Origin: Eremomyces bilateralis CBS 781.70
Taxonomy: Eukaryota
Direction: 5' to 3' (one strand)
DNA: 64,000 nt
Assembly (NCBI GenBank): GCA_010015585.1
Contig: ML975152.1
Shown here: piece after piece, positions 61,670-64,000 of the stretch
How the letters are laid out: every line of letters starts with the position of its first letter
How positions within the stretch are numbered: the stretch's first letter is position 1
The notes under the pieces: generated by a model
Database searches by the model: none
Seen by the model: only the letters and a program-made list of their open reading frames with translations
Told to the model about the DNA's origin: nothing
Translations under genes and position numbers: made by a program

Positions 61670-63528
61670 AGTCAACGGACCCACTTTCCGTGCAACCCAG
61701 ATTCCGTGCACCCCTTGAGATAATACGTAGATACTTAGATCGCTTTTGATCAATGAAATAAATTCAACAACACCATCTAATATTATCAGGATGCCTCGTA
61801 TTAATGAAGAGGCTGTCCAACAAGCTATTAATGCTTTTCATGGCCAAGAATTTGACTCGCTGAATAAATGTGCGGATGCGTACGGTATCAAGAGATCTAC
61901 ACTCCGGGACAGACTCAACGGCAACGATTCCCACCAAAATAGTTCGAAGAAACTTCAGAAGTTATCTCTCGAGCAGGAAAAATGGCTGGTCGAATGGATC
62001 CAGGAAGAAGATCTCGCTGCCAGAGCCCCCTCCCATGCAAGAGTACGCCAAATGGCTGAGGCAATTGCACGAGAAAATGGGGATACTACCCCTTGCGGTA
62101 TCGATTGGACTCAGGGATTTCTACGAAGCAATCCGGAGGTAAATACAGTGGTGGGATGATCAATCGAAGCCGCCCGCGTCAATGAAGCTTCAAAAGAGAG
62201 GATCCAAGCGTTCTTTGATACATATCTGCGTGTCTGCGCGGAGTACAACATCAAGATCTCAAACCAGTGGAATTTCGACGAGCCCGGCCTCTCCCTTGGC
62301 TGTAGAACCAACGGGAGAGTAATTGCTTTTGTTCAGACTTCTTCTAAAAGGCGAAAGTAGAGCCATACATGCGTCAAGTCCCCAGAAAATCGAGAATGGG
62401 TCTCAGTGATCGAAGCTGTATCAGCAGACGGCCGAGCAATCTCTCCCTTGGTTGTCTTCAAAGGAAAAACGGTCCAGTCTCCCTAATTCCCTCCTAAGCA
62501 GACAGACATACCAAATTGGCACTATACGAGTTCAGAAAATGCCTGGACTTCGAACGAAATCGGTCCTCAGTGGCTCAAGAAGAAGTTTTTGCCAGAAAGC
62601 AAGCCCATGAACTCCCCGGCAGCGAACGGCGAGCAGGAATGGCGCCTATTAATATGCGACGGGCACGGCTCCCACGCCACGGTCGAGTTCATGAAGTTGG
62701 CCAAGGACAACCGCGTATTCTTGTTGTTTTTGCCCCCCCATTGTTCCTACCTCCTCCAGCCCCTTGACGTCGCGTGTTTCTCGCCCCTAAAGTCCAAATA
62801 TCATAAAGAGCTCTCCCAATTAGCATCATTAGATGATTCCGCACCTGTAAAAAGCATAATTTTATATATATATATATACTCTAAATCCCGAAAAGAAGCT
62901 TTGAATTCGTACAATATTCGTGCCGGCTTCCGTGGAACTGGAATGGTTCCGTTCAACCCAGACAAAGTATTAAATAGCACCCAATTAAACGAGGACCATC
63001 AAATACAACGTCATGTGGCTCCAGAACCCCAATATACTTATGCATTCCGTACGCCTAAAGGCCCCAAAGATATATACGATGCCAAATTAGACGAAATGGG
63101 GGCCCGGGATTTCAGGAGGTTTCAGGGGAAGGTCGCAAAGGCGCTGGCAAAGAAGAACACGGAAATCGCCCGACTCAAAGCCGAACTTCAAAGGGCTGAA
63201 AATACAGTTGCAGACTTAGGAGGGCCTGCTGGCAAGAAAAGGAAACGGGTTCAGCCCAATCTGAACGAACGATTTGTTCAGATTGACCAGATTGTTGCGG
63301 CTCAGGAGGCAGCTAGGGAGAGGGAACAAAAGGCTGCAAAACGCCTTCAAATTAACCCGGAGGAAACGTCTTGATAATTGCAGAAGGCAATGTTTAAGTC
63401 ACTCTATCAACAATTTCAATTACAGCTATAGAAAAATATATGGTGGTGGTTACATTCCGCAAAATCCATTCGTCTTTGTGTCCTATTGGTGTTGTGGTGG
63501 GGGTGCACGGAAACTGGGTCCGTTGACT
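61670..63528 (+). mobile_element. Full-length Fot1/pogo-like (Tc1/mariner superfamily) DNA transposon, 1859 bp, with TIRs and TA target-site duplication
   Basis: Left TA|AGTCAACGGACCCACTTTCCGTGCAACCC; right end reverse complement TA|AGTCAACGGACCCAGTTTCCGTGCACCCC; internal transposase remnants. Confidence 0.93.
61791..63430 (+). pseudogene. Inactivated DDE transposase (HTH-psq, CENP-B-type HTH, DDE_1)
   Basis: ADAYGIKRSTLRDRLNG; WNFDE; RLLICDGHGSH; LPPHCSYLLQPLDVACFSPLK; premature stops near 62157, 62358, 62484 and 63372. Confidence 0.88.
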
Positions 63529-63824
63529 TAGAGCTACTCAAGTTACACAAACCCAAGCTGCTGGAATTAATTATGCACGCGTATCCGGTCTTCTGGGACA
63601 AGGGATCACGTGGAACATGAATAATTGTTTCATATTTTCTTCCCCGAGTTTGAATGATATCAGTTTGAATGATATCAGAAAGTCAAAGGCTTGTGCTTTC
63701 GTTCATTATTGCTGAATGCTGATACTAGTCCCTATCGGCTATCGCGATGCTCAGGTCGCGGACATAGGAACCCTACCTCCGTACCCCTGAATGACAATGA
63801 AGGCCATCCCTAACGTTTCTAGAA

Positions 63825-64000
63825 TCAGAGCTTGGAGAACGCGGTCGGTACCTGACCACTCATATCGACCAACGTACTCTTCCCTCTCGTCCACGCCTCG
63901 ATCCCTTTCCGACCGTTCTCCACGCCAACACCACTCATCTTCCACCCACCAACTGCCATCTCAGCCGGTGACTCGCCCCAAGTGTTGATCCAGATGATCC
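63825..64000 (-). CDS. 3' end of a betaine-aldehyde-dehydrogenase-like ALDH with a PTS1 signal; runs off the window end
   Basis: Manual translation: [57 protein letters not shown]. Not in the ORF track. Confidence 0.85.
   Translation of the reverse strand, partial: IIWINTWGESPAEMAVGGWKMSGVGVENGRKGIEAWTRGKSTLVDMSGQVPTAFSKL

Noticed and set aside
63647..63676. 15-bp tandem duplication AGTTTGAATGATATC x2
   Set aside because: Only two copies with no spacer; ordinary slippage, not CRISPR-like.

Overview
This is eukaryotic DNA from a filamentous ascomycete (Pezizomycotina), judged from short GT-AG introns with CTRAC branch points and from the gene content. It is a gene-dense housekeeping region with about 20 protein-coding genes: LYS1 (partial), a Tyr-type DAHP synthase, a vacuolar Ca2+/H+ exchanger, a GrpB-family protein, DID2/VPS46, a CYP52-like P450, the glucosidase II beta subunit, a CFEM/GPI protein, IST2/TMEM16, SLH1/ASCC3, YKT6, NOT1, Cdc15/Hof1, a NADAR protein, a second P450, the 3' end of a BetB-like aldehyde dehydrogenase, and several hypothetical proteins. 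It also holds a decayed protein-kinase pseudogene and a complete but inactivated 1.86-kb Fot1/pogo DNA transposon with RIP-like damage. I found no tRNA, rRNA or CRISPR, and no multi-gene novel system that I can support. The most interesting signals are a 3-nt microexon, an AAGGCAAT repeat motif shared by three bidirectional promoters, a 6 x 29-aa repeat array in an uncharacterised protein, a candidate CENP-P/Ctf19 gene, and a recurrent C-rich-to-G-rich switch along coding sequences. Family assignments come from motif recognition by eye, not database searches.
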